Below, piece after piece: positions 1-12,823 of a stretch of 64,000 nt of DNA (its first letter is position 1; every line of letters begins with the position of its first letter). The position numbers and the translations under genes were made by a program. The notes beneath the pieces are model-generated. The model was not told the origin of the DNA. It worked only from the letters and a program-made list of their open reading frames with translations, and ran no database searches. The stretch lies in contig RBZT01000337.1 in assembly GCA_003693705.1 (NCBI GenBank), positions 46,125-110,124 of the forward strand, written 5' to 3'. This DNA is from Polymyxa betae A26-41 (Eukaryota; Protista; Endomyxa: Phytomyxea).

Positions 1-242
1 GCCCGCCCAATGATTGATTTCGTCTCCCATTTCTATGCATATCATTCCTATGATCATGATCGCTATCTGCTAGACAAGGACATTTCGCAAATAGTTTCTT
101 CGCCAACTGACCAGACAGACAGGAACATTTTTGATAAGCTGAGATGTAATTGATCAGTTGCCAGAATTTGCAGAATTCAGTGGCTCGCGTTCCTTATGCA
201 GTAGAGCGACATGGAGCAAAATAAGTATGTTCAGGAGTTTAT

Positions 243-916
243 TTACAGAACCATGATACCAGCTGCAAGGAGGATGGCCATTGCGATGCTTGGCAGTATC
301 ATGCTTGAAAGAGCAGAAGAGCTTTGGCTGGAAGTGCTGTCGGAAGCTGGAGCCGGTGCCGGCGCCGTAGCTATGATAGGGACAGTGTCGGTGGTGGTAG
401 TCGTGATGCCGGTCGTGGTGGTGGCTCCTCCAGCTGGAGCATTCGTTCCAGCGTGGTATCCAATGAATTTTGTGGCGTCAACGTTCTTGATTTCACATCG
501 TCCATCGTTCAAGCTGCAGGTAGAGCCGTTAAGGATGTTCTGATTGCACCACTCGTTGGGATTAGGTTGGTTCCTGCATACGTCCTGTTGGTCAATAGAT
601 CCGTCCAACGTTCGCGAGCAAATATAGTCTCCTGCATCCTGTTGTGCTTTGAATGCATCAGTTGAGCTAGGACCAGTTCAGAAAATACATTTGCTATGGC
701 TAAATGAGCATTACCCACAAAATCCGAACTTGGTGCAGAAATTGATACGGCCTAAACCGTCATCGTTCCAAGGGCATCTGCACCAATTGATCACTATTTA
801 GTAAGAAAGATCCGATCAACCGACGCCTTATTTCCAAAGCATGGACCGCATCGTGCAATTTCTTGAGCATTAGCGATCAATGAGACGACGGCGACAACTG
901 CAAGGTACTTGTACAT
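243..916 (-). CDS. Secreted, probably GPI-anchored protein with divergent hevein/CBM18-like chitin-binding domain (3 exons, ~192 aa)
   Basis: Exons 916-825, 777-715 and 666-243 are joined by GT-AG introns of 47 and 48 nt. The spliced product has a signal peptide (MYKYLAVVAVVSLIANA), then RCGPCFGNKACPWNDDGLGRINFCTKFGFCGSTDAF, a second Cys-containing segment, a T/A/P/S-rich stalk and a hydrophobic C-terminal tail. Confidence 0.72.
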
Positions 917-1188
917 GTTATGGAGCCTCCGATGAGTAAAAGAGTTGTAAGAGTTCGAAACCGGCTTTGACAATGACACAGTTCGCCTTAGATCTGCAGA
1001 GTTCAACCATGATGGCGCGTGCCAATGAACGTGTTTCGATGGGGCACAAGCACAAGGCCGTCATACTGGTGTACGGATCAATGCACGCGTCCGTTCCAGA
1101 TGAAATGACGCCAATGACACACCGAAGGGAGCACTTTCCAGAAAAGTAGACTTCGATCCAAGAATCAACTTTATTGGATTGGGATTTT

Positions 1189-4100
1189 TCAAGCAAAATA
1201 CGATGGAGCCACTATGGCCTCATTCACCGCGGTCAATTGCTCTTCAGTAAACTTCTCTTTATCAATGTGCCATGTATCTTGATGGGTTCTTTTGAATTCA
1301 GTGAATAACTTCTGGACAGTCCCACCTAAAAGCAATTCATCAATCGCAATTAATACATCATAAGATATAATTCAGACCGATAGGAGGGGAATCATAGATA
1401 AACTGAGAACAAAAAGCTAGAATCTCAGGCATCCACTCTGGGACCCGATACGGCTCGCTTCTCAACAATGCTGTTAGAGCAAGAACCGCAGCATGCTTAG
1501 ATACTGCAGACGATGGAGATTTCGATTCGGCCATGAACCTAAGTTAAAAGTTACAAAATCGACCAGAACACCAGTACCGTCAAGTTACTTTCGGGAGAAC
1601 CGCTTTATCGAAATTAGAGGTTGAGCACATGATAAAAAACCAGTCAACAGCTTAGATGCGGTCTCACGGCACTCAATGCGACTGTTTCCTAAAGAAAATG
1701 TCAACAATCGCGGAGGATTGGATAAAGTCAGAACCTAGCAGTTTTTCATATGTAGCTAAGATCGATTTCACTTTTGGAACATCAAGCTTGAACAAATGGC
1801 GGATTACTAAAGTTGAGAAGAACGTTATGGCAGATGAATGAGAATGGAATGATAAAGATTCATCGTCGATGATTTTAATGCAAATGTTCATAAGCTCTTG
1901 TAACTCAGCGTCCTATAATGAAGAATAACTAGGAGAGAAGTGGTATTGATTACACTAACGTTGAAGTTCGACCAAGCTATAGACACAAGGCAGTGTTTGG
2001 CAAGGGCAGCAGTCTCAGCATTGGGATGATGGCAGGAACTGATAACTATTCCAGCAAGTCGGATTGTGACCTTACTTGTGTAGCAGGGCTCCCCGATATT
2101 GCAGCAAAAAACAACCCAGTATAGTACCTTAGGAGAATAATCAGAGACACATTAGGTTTGAATTGACGAAAAACGTACAGTCTCTAAAACTGAAACCAAT
2201 TCTGAATCGGATTCCTGCCAATCCTTGGCAATAGCCGGTTTAAGAATGTTTTCGTAGGAGTCGATAATTAGATTGATTGAGCTAAGAGAACCGTCATCAA
2301 ATCCAGGACGGTATTTGTTACGCAAGACAAAGCATAAGATCCGAGAAACTTCTTGACGAATCTGCAAAACGAGTCACTTGAGCGATACGAAGGATCAATT
2401 ATGATGTGCCTGAGTGAAAGGGCTATGCAGCAAATTAGGATTCTTCGAAAGTCTTGAAGATATATTTCCTGAAAAAAAAACAATTCAGATCTGTGGCAAC
2501 AGGCACACCAGATACCAAGTACGATTTAGTAAAGGAGACCGCCAAGCAAACTCAACCATAATGGCTTGAAGAAATAACAGCCATTTGAATGTATGCGAAG
2601 GAGAAAATTTAGCGGAAGCAGTATCATCAACTAGGGCTTCATCTGCGACAACGGAGACTAGCCAGGGCAACCGTTTTGGATCCATATCTGTGCACACATA
2701 ACGTACAGCAGAGCTCCTAGAAATTTTTGATTAGACTCAGTCCGTAGCCATAACAAGCTACAAACCAGTCTTTGACGGCATCTGATGGACATTTATCAAG
2801 CCCCTTGGCTAAAAGTTGGGACAGTTGAGCATGATATTGATCAAGCAAACTTGCCGACCAGTATTTAGAAGAACCTCCAACCCCAGCGAAAATCTTTTTC
2901 ACGAGTCAAAAAGCATAAACCAAAAGATAAAAACCAACCTCCGAAGCGGTGATATGGGATTCGCGGAAGTTATGGGCAGACTGATTTCTTTCCAGTAGCT
3001 GAAGCGCACAGCTTATGAATTGTTCAATCAATTCTGGACAGTGGCAGCAGAGACCTGGCAGATGAGATAATTCAAAGTGCACGTTTATGCAACGAAGTTG
3101 AAAGACCTTGGATTAAAACCACATGCTCAAACATCATGGTGTCATGTACAGAAAGGAAAGTGGTCTTGGGCCAGCAAAGACGATTGCTCATTAGTTCATG
3201 TATGCTTGCAGCAATTAAATCCCCTGCCCCCGTACGACCTAATTACCGGTATCAAACAAATATCATAATCCGAGAGACTTTGCAACAACCTTTTGTGGCG
3301 CCAGAAGTGTTTAACTTTGGGTGATCTTCTTCCAAAGCAGATATAAAATTTTTGAAGAAATCGGAATGGGTATTTCGAATCGCGATTATCCATTCTGGCG
3401 GAAGGAGAGAAGATGATTTTGTGGACCCTGAACATTTGAAAGCGGTAGCTTTTGACTCAGGAACCCAGCCGGAGTCATTGGAATCGAAGAATAATTCTTG
3501 TTTAACCATAAGCAATGAAAACGTTTGGAGAACATTGGATCGCACCAGAACTTAGATCGGAAAGCGTGACAGTTGAAGGGGCCCCAGTAATTACATCAGC
3601 GAATTTAACGATTCGATCTGAGGAGGTCGGGAACGTTGTAAATATATTTGCAAGCGCAGATATGCAGATACGACGTAGCGGAACAAAATCCGATAGACAG
3701 TGTTTCCAGAAGAAATTAAGCAGTCCTAAGGAAGGGTTCACATCAGACCTTAACGCATAAAGGAGGAAGCGAGCGGCAGCTAATTGCGATCTCCAGTGAG
3801 AGATTTTTCCTTCTTCATTTTCTGATATTTCAAGAAGCTGATGACACAGCAACGTGTATGACTATGTAGGCAACATCATTAACACGTATGACAACCGAAA
3901 ATGGTAAACCTGGAGCTCATTTGCAAGAAGAACTGGGAGGCGGTGTAAACGGTCAGCGAAGGCACAGAAAAACTCTACAATAAGCAATCAGATTAATGTG
4001 ACAACATAATATTATGGACCAACCAATGATAGCAGCTTGGACAAGATCGTCATGGTGATGGGAACTGTCGCAGATTGCAATCATTACTGGTCGAACCAAA

Positions 4101-7100
4101 TCCCAACTGGATGCAGTCCACTACACAAAATTAGAAACCGGTTGGTAATTCTTCAATAGCTTACTGATAAGAAATGCCGATTACGAAGGCACTCAATGGC
4201 TCCAAGAACAGTTTTGTCTGACATGTCATGCGAACGGATGATTTCAGTGAAAGAATTAACCATTTGGCTCCGAAGAAATTTGAAGTTTCCGCAAGCTAGT
4301 GCTAACGTATTCGAGCTAACAGAACGGACAGAAGAGAAATCAAGTAGGCAAGACCATCGGACAAAATCAATAAGCTGAGAGACTTGAGAAGTAAACGAGA
4401 GGAACTGGCGCCCAAGATGAAACTGAAACATAATTAGATCAGAAAAACAAATCAAACATTAGACAACCGATTGTAGATATCGAATGAACGTCTGCTCGAC
4501 TAAAAGTGCTCGCATTATACAACGTTTTCCTGATTCAAACTCTTTTTGAGAACGAACTGCATATCGATTGGAAGCAGCAGTTTGCTCAAGAGAGTTTTCA
4601 GAAATCACCACCGCTACGGAACAAGAGTTAAATCACTCATAAGTAATACGCCAACAGACGACAACTACCATTTAGGAGCTGGTTTGAAAGTGATATAAGA
4701 ACGCTCCAAAGCTCCGGTTTTGTGCTCTGAATTTTATCTTGGGATGCCCTGAAAAAAGTGGATACATGAACGATCATGTTGGTAAACCAAACACGAAGAT
4801 TGACATCTCCAATCTATACAGAAAACTAAGAAGAACATCAATAGATTGGAGAATTGAGACTTTGACAACAAACGGTTCAAAGACCCGAAGTGGCTCACAT
4901 TTCAAAGTGACTGGATTTTTATGGAGCACTTCTCCTGCGACAGACATCAGCAGATATAATTCCTTCTATTTCGATTACCAGAGAAATCGCCAGCAACGCA
5001 CAGACATCCTTCCAAAACAGCGCGAACATTCATTAGTTGATTGATAATTTCTTCGATAGAAACCGACGACAGGTCTCCAAGCAAGGCAGAGCCACAGGTT
5101 GTAACAATATGAGAGCATGCCTTTTGTGCAGTTTCACATTCTTCTAGCGACGGTCGGTGCCAAACGACATCCTTATTATGTTCTTAACCAAATTAGCAAT
5201 TATCATGCTTAAGAGAGGGAGTCTACCTTGATCTTTGTCACCCTCAGCAAACTCGCCCCAGATTTGCCAGTGCTTCCAAGTAGAACATTCCCATGCGGAA
5301 GGCGAATACGGACGGTATCTGGAGTGATAGCGTTGAGTCGCTGAGTCTTTCGAAAAATATCTTACTCAGTAGGATATACAGAAGTTAATGCCATCAACGT
5401 ATTCCGCATCAGTTTTCGACCCATTTTCCTGACACCTTTGCTTTCGTTGGAAACTGCCAAACTGAAGACAGAAGTAATTTGATCAACATATGGAAGGAGA
5501 TGGACGCCACCAGATTCTCGAACTGAGCACGCAGCCAAATATAAAAACCATTCAAGTTGTTCTCCAGCCAATCCATTAAAAAAACTTAGATTGGAAGAAT
5601 TATTTCCTGTCCAGTCGACAGTCATTTAGCACTGACTATTACAAGATCTTCAAAACATTTCAATACCTGGACCAATAATCTTGTGAATTAAAGGCAATGT
5701 TAGATGTTGGAAGGTTTGTTCAGGGTAACCTAACGAAGCGACTCTCACGAGGACCCCAAAGTATTTCCGGGAATTCAACTGGGTATTATCAATCAGGAAC
5801 GAATACAGGAATTGAACGCAAGAAAGATGCGAAGACGAAGACAAGCTACAGAAGAAAGGCCTGCACGTTCGGTACAAAATGCGAGTAAGGCCTTGATCAC
5901 GATCTGAAATATCACATTAGACAATAATCCAAAAAGAGCGAAACAGCATACGGCTAGTCTTTTCGACTGCATCAAAATGTTTCAAAACATTGCAAATTTT
6001 CTCTAAAAATGCCAGACTCCATCTAGGCATGAGTTAGTACGAATAAAATGGATAACAAAGCAATACTCTGGAAACCCGATAGTGGCATGGCGAGCCTCCT
6101 CTTCCTCGTCACTGTCGGTCATTTGGTCTTTCCCTTCAACAAGTGGGATCCTATTACGAGCGTCATGGTAATCACTCATGAATCATGACGTCCTGACATG
6201 TAGAAAATCATTCCAATTAAGGATAAAGCTGATATCGACTTTAACAGATTGATTCCATCAAAGCATTCTAAAGCAGCCCATAATATGCCATTCAAGTGCT
6301 GAAGGCAGGTCGATTCAGAAAAAAGCACAGGGGGCTACACGCGTTTGTACCTGAGCCCCAGCGGGGTAAATTCGTCGATTGAATAGCGGATGACAAACTG
6401 CAGCTAAAAGACCCAAGCTTGACAAAGTACGATTCGATTCAGATGTCGCCTCCAAATTCAATTTGGCATCGGCCAATATTTGAGGGAATATTTTGAAAGG
6501 AACTATGTAGCCTAACAAATTTTAACAGCAGAAAATGAGAAAAGGATAAGTGTACTTAAGTGCTTTAAGCAATCTTGAGCACAAAGAACCATAGAGGACC
6601 TGGAATATACAGCATCATTGGCAATAGGAAAAACAACGTCGTAGAAACTGTTGACGACGTTCTCTGAAAGAGGACGACCAGATCGATGCAACTAAAAGCA
6701 GAGTCAACTAGGGTAAGTGTGGAATTCTCAGAGGTATACGCTCCAATGAAGCTTGGCGAAATATCGAGAAACAAATGATAAAAAATCTGCCAGCCTGATG
6801 ATGGCTCAGAGACTCGAATCATTAGAGAGAAAACTGTTACGGTGCCGTCCACGCCCCCGTATTTGATGGGTGAAAAAAGGTGGATGTTGTTTGAAAGAAT
6901 CTCTGCAAAAGTACTATGGCTTGTTGTGACTCGTTCCTGATATTATAAACGACGAATTTCGCCATGAACCTAACAATACTTTTAAATGATATGAAGCAGA
7001 ATCGCAAAAGCCGGACCTCGACAAAGCGTTAACTGGAAGTACCCAATCCAATTCCTTGGGCCACACTTTTTGGGATGAACGAGACTCTGCAATCCCTGCA

Positions 7101-7987
7101 GCTCCATCAACTGAAAGAGGAAGATGCTGTAAAAACCAATGAAAGCATAAAGGCAGATATTGCTCCAAATCGACTTTCTTATTGAGATAATCGTGCTTGG
7201 CAGTTCGTGACAAAGCTGATAGCACGCAAGTGACCACTTTAGAGCAAGGGTCGATTCTAGTTGTTTGCTCAACTAGCTTTGGAATCCAGTTGCTAGCAGA
7301 ATTATCGACAGGACTGACAAAGTTCAGTAACTGCAAATTTCAATTGTTTGGAAAGATGCTTACAGGAAGAGGTGTAGTATCAAAAAATTAATATGGTACG
7401 AAAGATTGTGGGGGCTTCCTCCATTGGACCAGAGCTTTTCCGTTAATTCCGATGCGGAGCCGGGAGGAAAGAACCGCTTTCCCCGAGCGATAGCTTTTAT
7501 GATAGACTCGCGATGAGCTCGAATAACACCATGTCCTCCGAAGCTTGGATTACAATCCATCGTAATGTGAATATCATTAAAACGTTGAAAAAGGGGCCGC
7601 CAGTCAACAGGATTTATCGCACTGCAACGTCGGAAGCGGCGCCAAAGAATAGATAGACAAGTCAATATCTGGCTTTGTAAGGGAAGATGCAAGAGCGAAG
7701 GACGCTGTAAAGCTGACATTAAAGACGAACAAAGAATCGACACTTGCTTAGGTTCAAGTTTACAACGAGTTTCTGTATCAAGCTCAGAGAAAACCTGCTA
7801 CATGTGAATCGAATTGACCTAAAATCAACAGAAGGTATCGGATAGATAACAAGGCATCATCGACCGAGTCTACATTCCAGAACTCGGGTTGCGTGATGGC
7901 CTCAGCGATGCTGCTGAGCACCAGGACGGACCGATCAGGATAAGGCCCATTGAGGTGCATGTTTTTTTGGGCACCATCAAATGACAT
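1189..7987 (-). CDS. PSME4: Proteasome activator PA200/Blm10 (multi-exon)
   Basis: Many minus-strand exons of HEAT-like helical sequence. The C-terminal exons read KHAAVLALTALLRSEPYRVPEW...TVQKLFTEFKRTHQDTW...APSYFA-stop, typical of the PA200/Blm10 C-terminus. Start codon approximate. Confidence 0.85.
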
Positions 7988-8299
7988 TATCGTAATGAAA
8001 ATGGCAGGTTCTGTGCCTGCAAGTGCAACGTCCTTTGTTTGAGACAGTTGATAGGGCACTATGTAACATAAAGCAGGAGCCCGCGCAAACAGTCATTCAT
8101 TTCTTTCCAGAGTTTTTTCAAGATTGACTTGCTTCATCAAATCACATGTTACAGTAGAGTAACAACTCATTCACTATTCATCCATGATATTAACCAAAAG
8201 AACGGATTCGACATTTCCAATTGTCGGTAAAGCAGTTATCACCTGACTATGAATTATGCCAGTCTCTGTTTTTTCTGGCCATCGAATCCAAATCATACA

Positions 8300-10280
8300 A
8301 TGGTCAGAGAAAGAAAACGTTTTTTAAAAAGCTGCATCTGAGCGTGGTAGCTTTCTGATAAAAACTGTTTATGCTCAATATCTTACGGTATAATACCGTT
8401 TTTTTATATGCAGGTGAGAATTGTGTTTGGGTAGAATCAATATTAATGAGTCTGTCATATATTCTACGGACTCCGAAATAATTAACCCCCTTCTAGGCTG
8501 TGGACGGACCATCTACATCTCTCCTTTGCTAGATCACGTACAGTCTGTAAATTGTCTGCCAGACTGCAACGACATTAGCTGTGGTAAGTCATCAGATGAC
8601 AACAACATTTCACATGATTATACTTTTTATTTATGGAATCTCGTTAATCGTGATTACTCTGTGATGACCATTTAACTATGAAAACGCTTTCTCCTTTCTT
8701 TGTCTATGCTCATTTTCTCGAAGTCCTGATTTCTTCTTCGTATAGGGTTCACATTCCGATCTGTGCTGTTGGCACTTTGCTGCCTTTTGAACTTAATTTC
8801 ATAATAATACAACTGCATTATTATCACATAAATTTGATTTGCGTTGACAAGCAGCAGCTTTTATTCGATCTGGTATGATGTTTGCTATACTGTATTCAAG
8901 AGTACTTTACGCGTAGGCATTTTTCCATTCCGACGTCGTACAGTAGAGCAGCGGTAAATTCAGTCTATCTAACATGTCACTACCGATTCAGCAGGTTTGT
9001 GAGCTTTAACAGGGGGCTTTGCTGAAGCTTTGTTTAGGAGCTGGACACATATCGCCGTCAAAATGCATGGTCGATCCATAATTGGAAAGGTAAGTCAGAA
9101 GACCCACATCAAAACCGCCAAGGCTCAAACAAATACAAATCTATAGGGTTAATTGTCGGGTTTCTTTCTGGAAACTATATTTCAGCGAAACTTCCTCGGT
9201 CTGTTCCACTGGGCATACGGCTTGTGCCTTTGTTTTCTTTTACAATTGCCGGAATATATTTTGACGACGCCACCATGAAAGAGAAGTTTCAAGAAGGCAG
9301 TAAGATAGATCGGCAGATATTATGCCAAACTAAACACTGATATAATAGGAAAAGAACATGTAACCATGAAGCAGTAAGACAATTATAAACCAATTGCGAA
9401 GCAAACTGTTGCTTTTTTTTGCTACAACCGCTTCTAAATTTGATAAACAGCCTTTATCCACATTGAAGTGATAGAGGGTCTGGACGGCAGCCCGACCGCA
9501 CCAGAATTTGATATGAGTTTTTCAGAAAATGTACCATCAAAGGTTCCAGATAAACTTGTTCTAATTCAAGTCAGGCTCAAATCATAATCAGCATGCCACA
9601 TTTTTATGTAAATGGAGGGATATTTGGGAATATGACTGGGGAAACAATTGAAAATAAAATACTGTGTTAATTTGTATGAGAAGTGGAACACCCCAGGCGG
9701 AAATGAGGTATTGTATTCAGTCTCGGTTTAACGACACGTAGTTAGACGATTACTTTATGTTCTCCTCAAATATCATAATAACATTATAATTGAGACAGAG
9801 GAAGCGCCATAATGACGACGCTACCACGACATAAGAAGTTTGATAAGGAAATTGATTTATGGATCTGGAATGAAATCACAAGTAGGATGCAATAGTTATG
9901 TAGATGCGGGTGCTATGATGTAACCACAAATTCGCCCAATTGATTACAGATATTAGAATTGGCGTGTTGGATATAGCGAAGAAGGACACCAGGTCGTTGG
10001 AGCTTGGGATAATGATGTCCATTTTGTTCGGAGCGTCATTACTACTTTTAAGCAATCGCCTAACGCAATCGTTGGTGAGTCAAGTCAGTTTAAAAAATAG
10101 TCTGATCGTTTTGGCGTTTTGAATATGGTCCCGGCATTTGTGGAGACAGCAACACTTTTCAGCATGCAGATGGTTGACTCTAGTAAATAGTCTACTGGTG
10201 AATTGCAAATCTATTCTTGATGACCTTCCAATCACATTCCAGGTCCTACCTTTTTCCAGAAGTACCGATATTACGTAATA
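8300..10280 (+). CDS. Possible multi-exon hypothetical membrane protein or degraded gene
   Basis: Short exon-like hydrophobic segments flanked by GT/AG (e.g. LIVGFLSGNYISAKLPRSVPLGIRLVPLFSFTIAGIYF; LELGIMMSILFGASLLLLS). I could not assemble a clean model or recognise a family. Confidence 0.22.
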
Positions 10281-10548
10281 CATAAAAAATTATTATTAAT
10301 AAATGCCGGTGCTGAATTTTTTTTTGGTACATCGGACAGTCCAGAAAAGTAGATGGCTGATGGCGTGGCCTCTTGTATGCGATGAAAGGAATGGAAGAGT
10401 TCAAACTAGAAGGCTGGTCTCCATTGTATACAGCTAGGTCGCAGCCATCTCACGATACATTCAGAGTCGACCTAAGACCAGCATATCCATAATCGTGCTG
10501 ACGAGCTCACAGTAGTCGTTTGTCTTCAGTTTGCTGCAGCTGTAAAAG

Positions 10549-12750
10549 ATGTGGCATTCATTCTTGCGAGCTTCTGCCGCATGGAATCGCAATCTTGTCG
10601 TGGCTGCCACGGTCGGGTCGACTTTGGCTGCGTCTTGGGCCTTCCCTCGATTTGCCGATGCCTGTGGCATTGTCGCCTATGTAGGCAAAGAACCCAAAGA
10701 TCCGGCTGTCAAATATCTATTGGAGGGGCTGACCATTTTACAAAATCGGGGATATGATTCCTGTGGTGTCGCAACTATCAATTCTAAGAAAGAGATTATT
10801 ACGACGAAGTTCGCCAGCGCCGATTCTACCAGCGATTCCATCAAATTACTTTCAACCGCTGCACCTCCTTTGCATGAGGGTAATCCAGTTGGGATTGCCC
10901 ATACAAGGTGGGCCACGCATGGAGGGAAGACAGATGCAAATGCACACCCGCACTCTGACGCTAAGAACCGAATCGCTCTTGTTCACAATGGAACTATCGA
11001 AAATGCTAACGAGTTGAAGCAAGAACTAAAGGAGCTCGGATTGCCATTCAAATCTGATACCGATAGTGAAGTCATCGCTGTTCTCATTGGGCGCTACTTA
11101 GACGAAGGGTTGGAAACAATGGACGCTGTGAAAAAAGCTTTATCGCGACTTCATGGTACATGGGGGCTGTGTATTCTGGATACGGCTCATCCCGACCGAA
11201 TCATCGCCGCCCGAAACGGCTCCCCGCTTGTCGTCGGAATCGCTGAAGGCCGGATGTTTCTTGGCAGCGAGTTTTCTTCGTTTGGACGATATACCAATCA
11301 GTACATTCCACTTCGCGATGGTGAAGTTGCTGTTGTCGAAGCGGGTGCCGTTTCACTTGATAAGTCCCGTCAAGAAAGCGCTCCAAAGACTGATGATATT
11401 TTACTTTCTCCAGCACCTTATGCGCATTGGACAATTAGAGAAGTCAGATATTGTTGTTTGCTTAGAGAATCGGAAGGCTGATTTATCTCGCAGATAAATG
11501 AGCAACCTGAAGCCATCTCTCGCGCACTTGGTTATGGTGGCCGTATGCACCGAGGACGTGTCAAACTTGGTGGACTTCAAGCTAAGCAAGAGACATTAGC
11601 CAAAATTAATCATTTGGTTATCGCAGCCTGTGGAACTAGTCTGTTCGCTTCGCAATATGGTGCTGCTATTATGCGATATCTTAATGCATTTGATTCGGTC
11701 CAGACCGTCGATGCAGCAGAAATGATCCAAGATTCGCTGCCTGCTCAAGGCGGAGGGTTATTAGTTGTTTCTCAATCGGGTGAAACTAAAGATGTGCACC
11801 GAGCGGTGCTGCTTGCAGCAGAGAATGAACTTCCGCGATTTTCAGTCATAAACAGTGTTGGCTCGTTGATTGCTAGAACTACCAAGTGTGGTGTCTACAT
11901 CAATGCTGGCCGTGAGCATGCCGTTGCTTCCACAAAAGCATTTGTCACTCAAGTATGCCCAAATGCAAATGCCTTCTAAAGTCGTTGATTGTAATGTAGG
12001 TTGTCGTGATGTGTCTCATTGCAGGATGGTTTGCTCAGCTTCGGGATCGACCTGAATCTAAGCAAAGAATTGACGAAGTGTTGGAATCGCTTCATAAGCT
12101 CCCAGTTTATTGCGGAATTACCTTGAAATCAAATCCTCACATTTCTGAGATTGCTTCCAAGATCAAAAATGCAAAACATATGTTTGTTCTGGGTCGTGGA
12201 TTTTCGGAATCGATTGCCAGAGAAGGGGCTCTTAAGATCAAGGAAATTACATATATTCATGCTGAGGTAAATATTCCTTTTTAATTTACAGGAGCTGCCT
12301 ATGTTGAATTGTAGGGATACCCTGGTGGTGCGTTGAAACATGGGCCGTTTGCTTTGATTGAGAAGGACACTCCTATTATTCTGATTATTCCTAATGATGA
12401 AAATGCTGCTTTGATGCGGACAGCTGCTGAGGTAAACTCCAACATGTCTCACGATTCACGTACTGAAGGCTTTTTAGGAAGTACGAGCTAGAGGTGCCCG
12501 CACTATAATTATCACAGATAACGAGAAGATTGCCGATCATATTGCTGACGAGGTGATACTAATTCCTGAGAATGGCCCGCTGACTGCGTTAATGGCAGCT
12601 GTTCCGTTGCAGCAGCTCGCTTGTGAGTATTTGCGCGTATACTCCATGTATGGTGCTGAGCTAGTTTTTCTCTTAGACGAACTAGCAATTCAACGCGGTA
12701 TTGATCCGGATAAGCCTAAGAATCTGGCAAAGGCTGTCACTGTTGATTGA
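10549..12750 (+). CDS. glmS: Glutamine--fructose-6-phosphate aminotransferase (GlmS/GFAT) with N-terminal extension
   Basis: Motifs [72 protein letters not shown] and the C-terminus [11 protein letters not shown]. Interrupted by about 5 short introns. Confidence 0.97.
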
Positions 12751-12823
12751 AATTACCTTATTGTTCGATAGCGTGTCTGTAAAATACGACAGTAGATCTC
12801 TGACGCCCATAAACTGATTGTTT

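Noticed and set aside
211-665. Plus-strand ORFs of 110-113 aa
   Set aside because: Antisense shadows of the low-complexity stalk of the minus-strand secreted gene.
1189-1205. PA200 ends in SYFA rather than YYA
   Set aside because: As I recall, a YFA ending also occurs in other non-animal PA200 proteins, so I do not treat it as novel.
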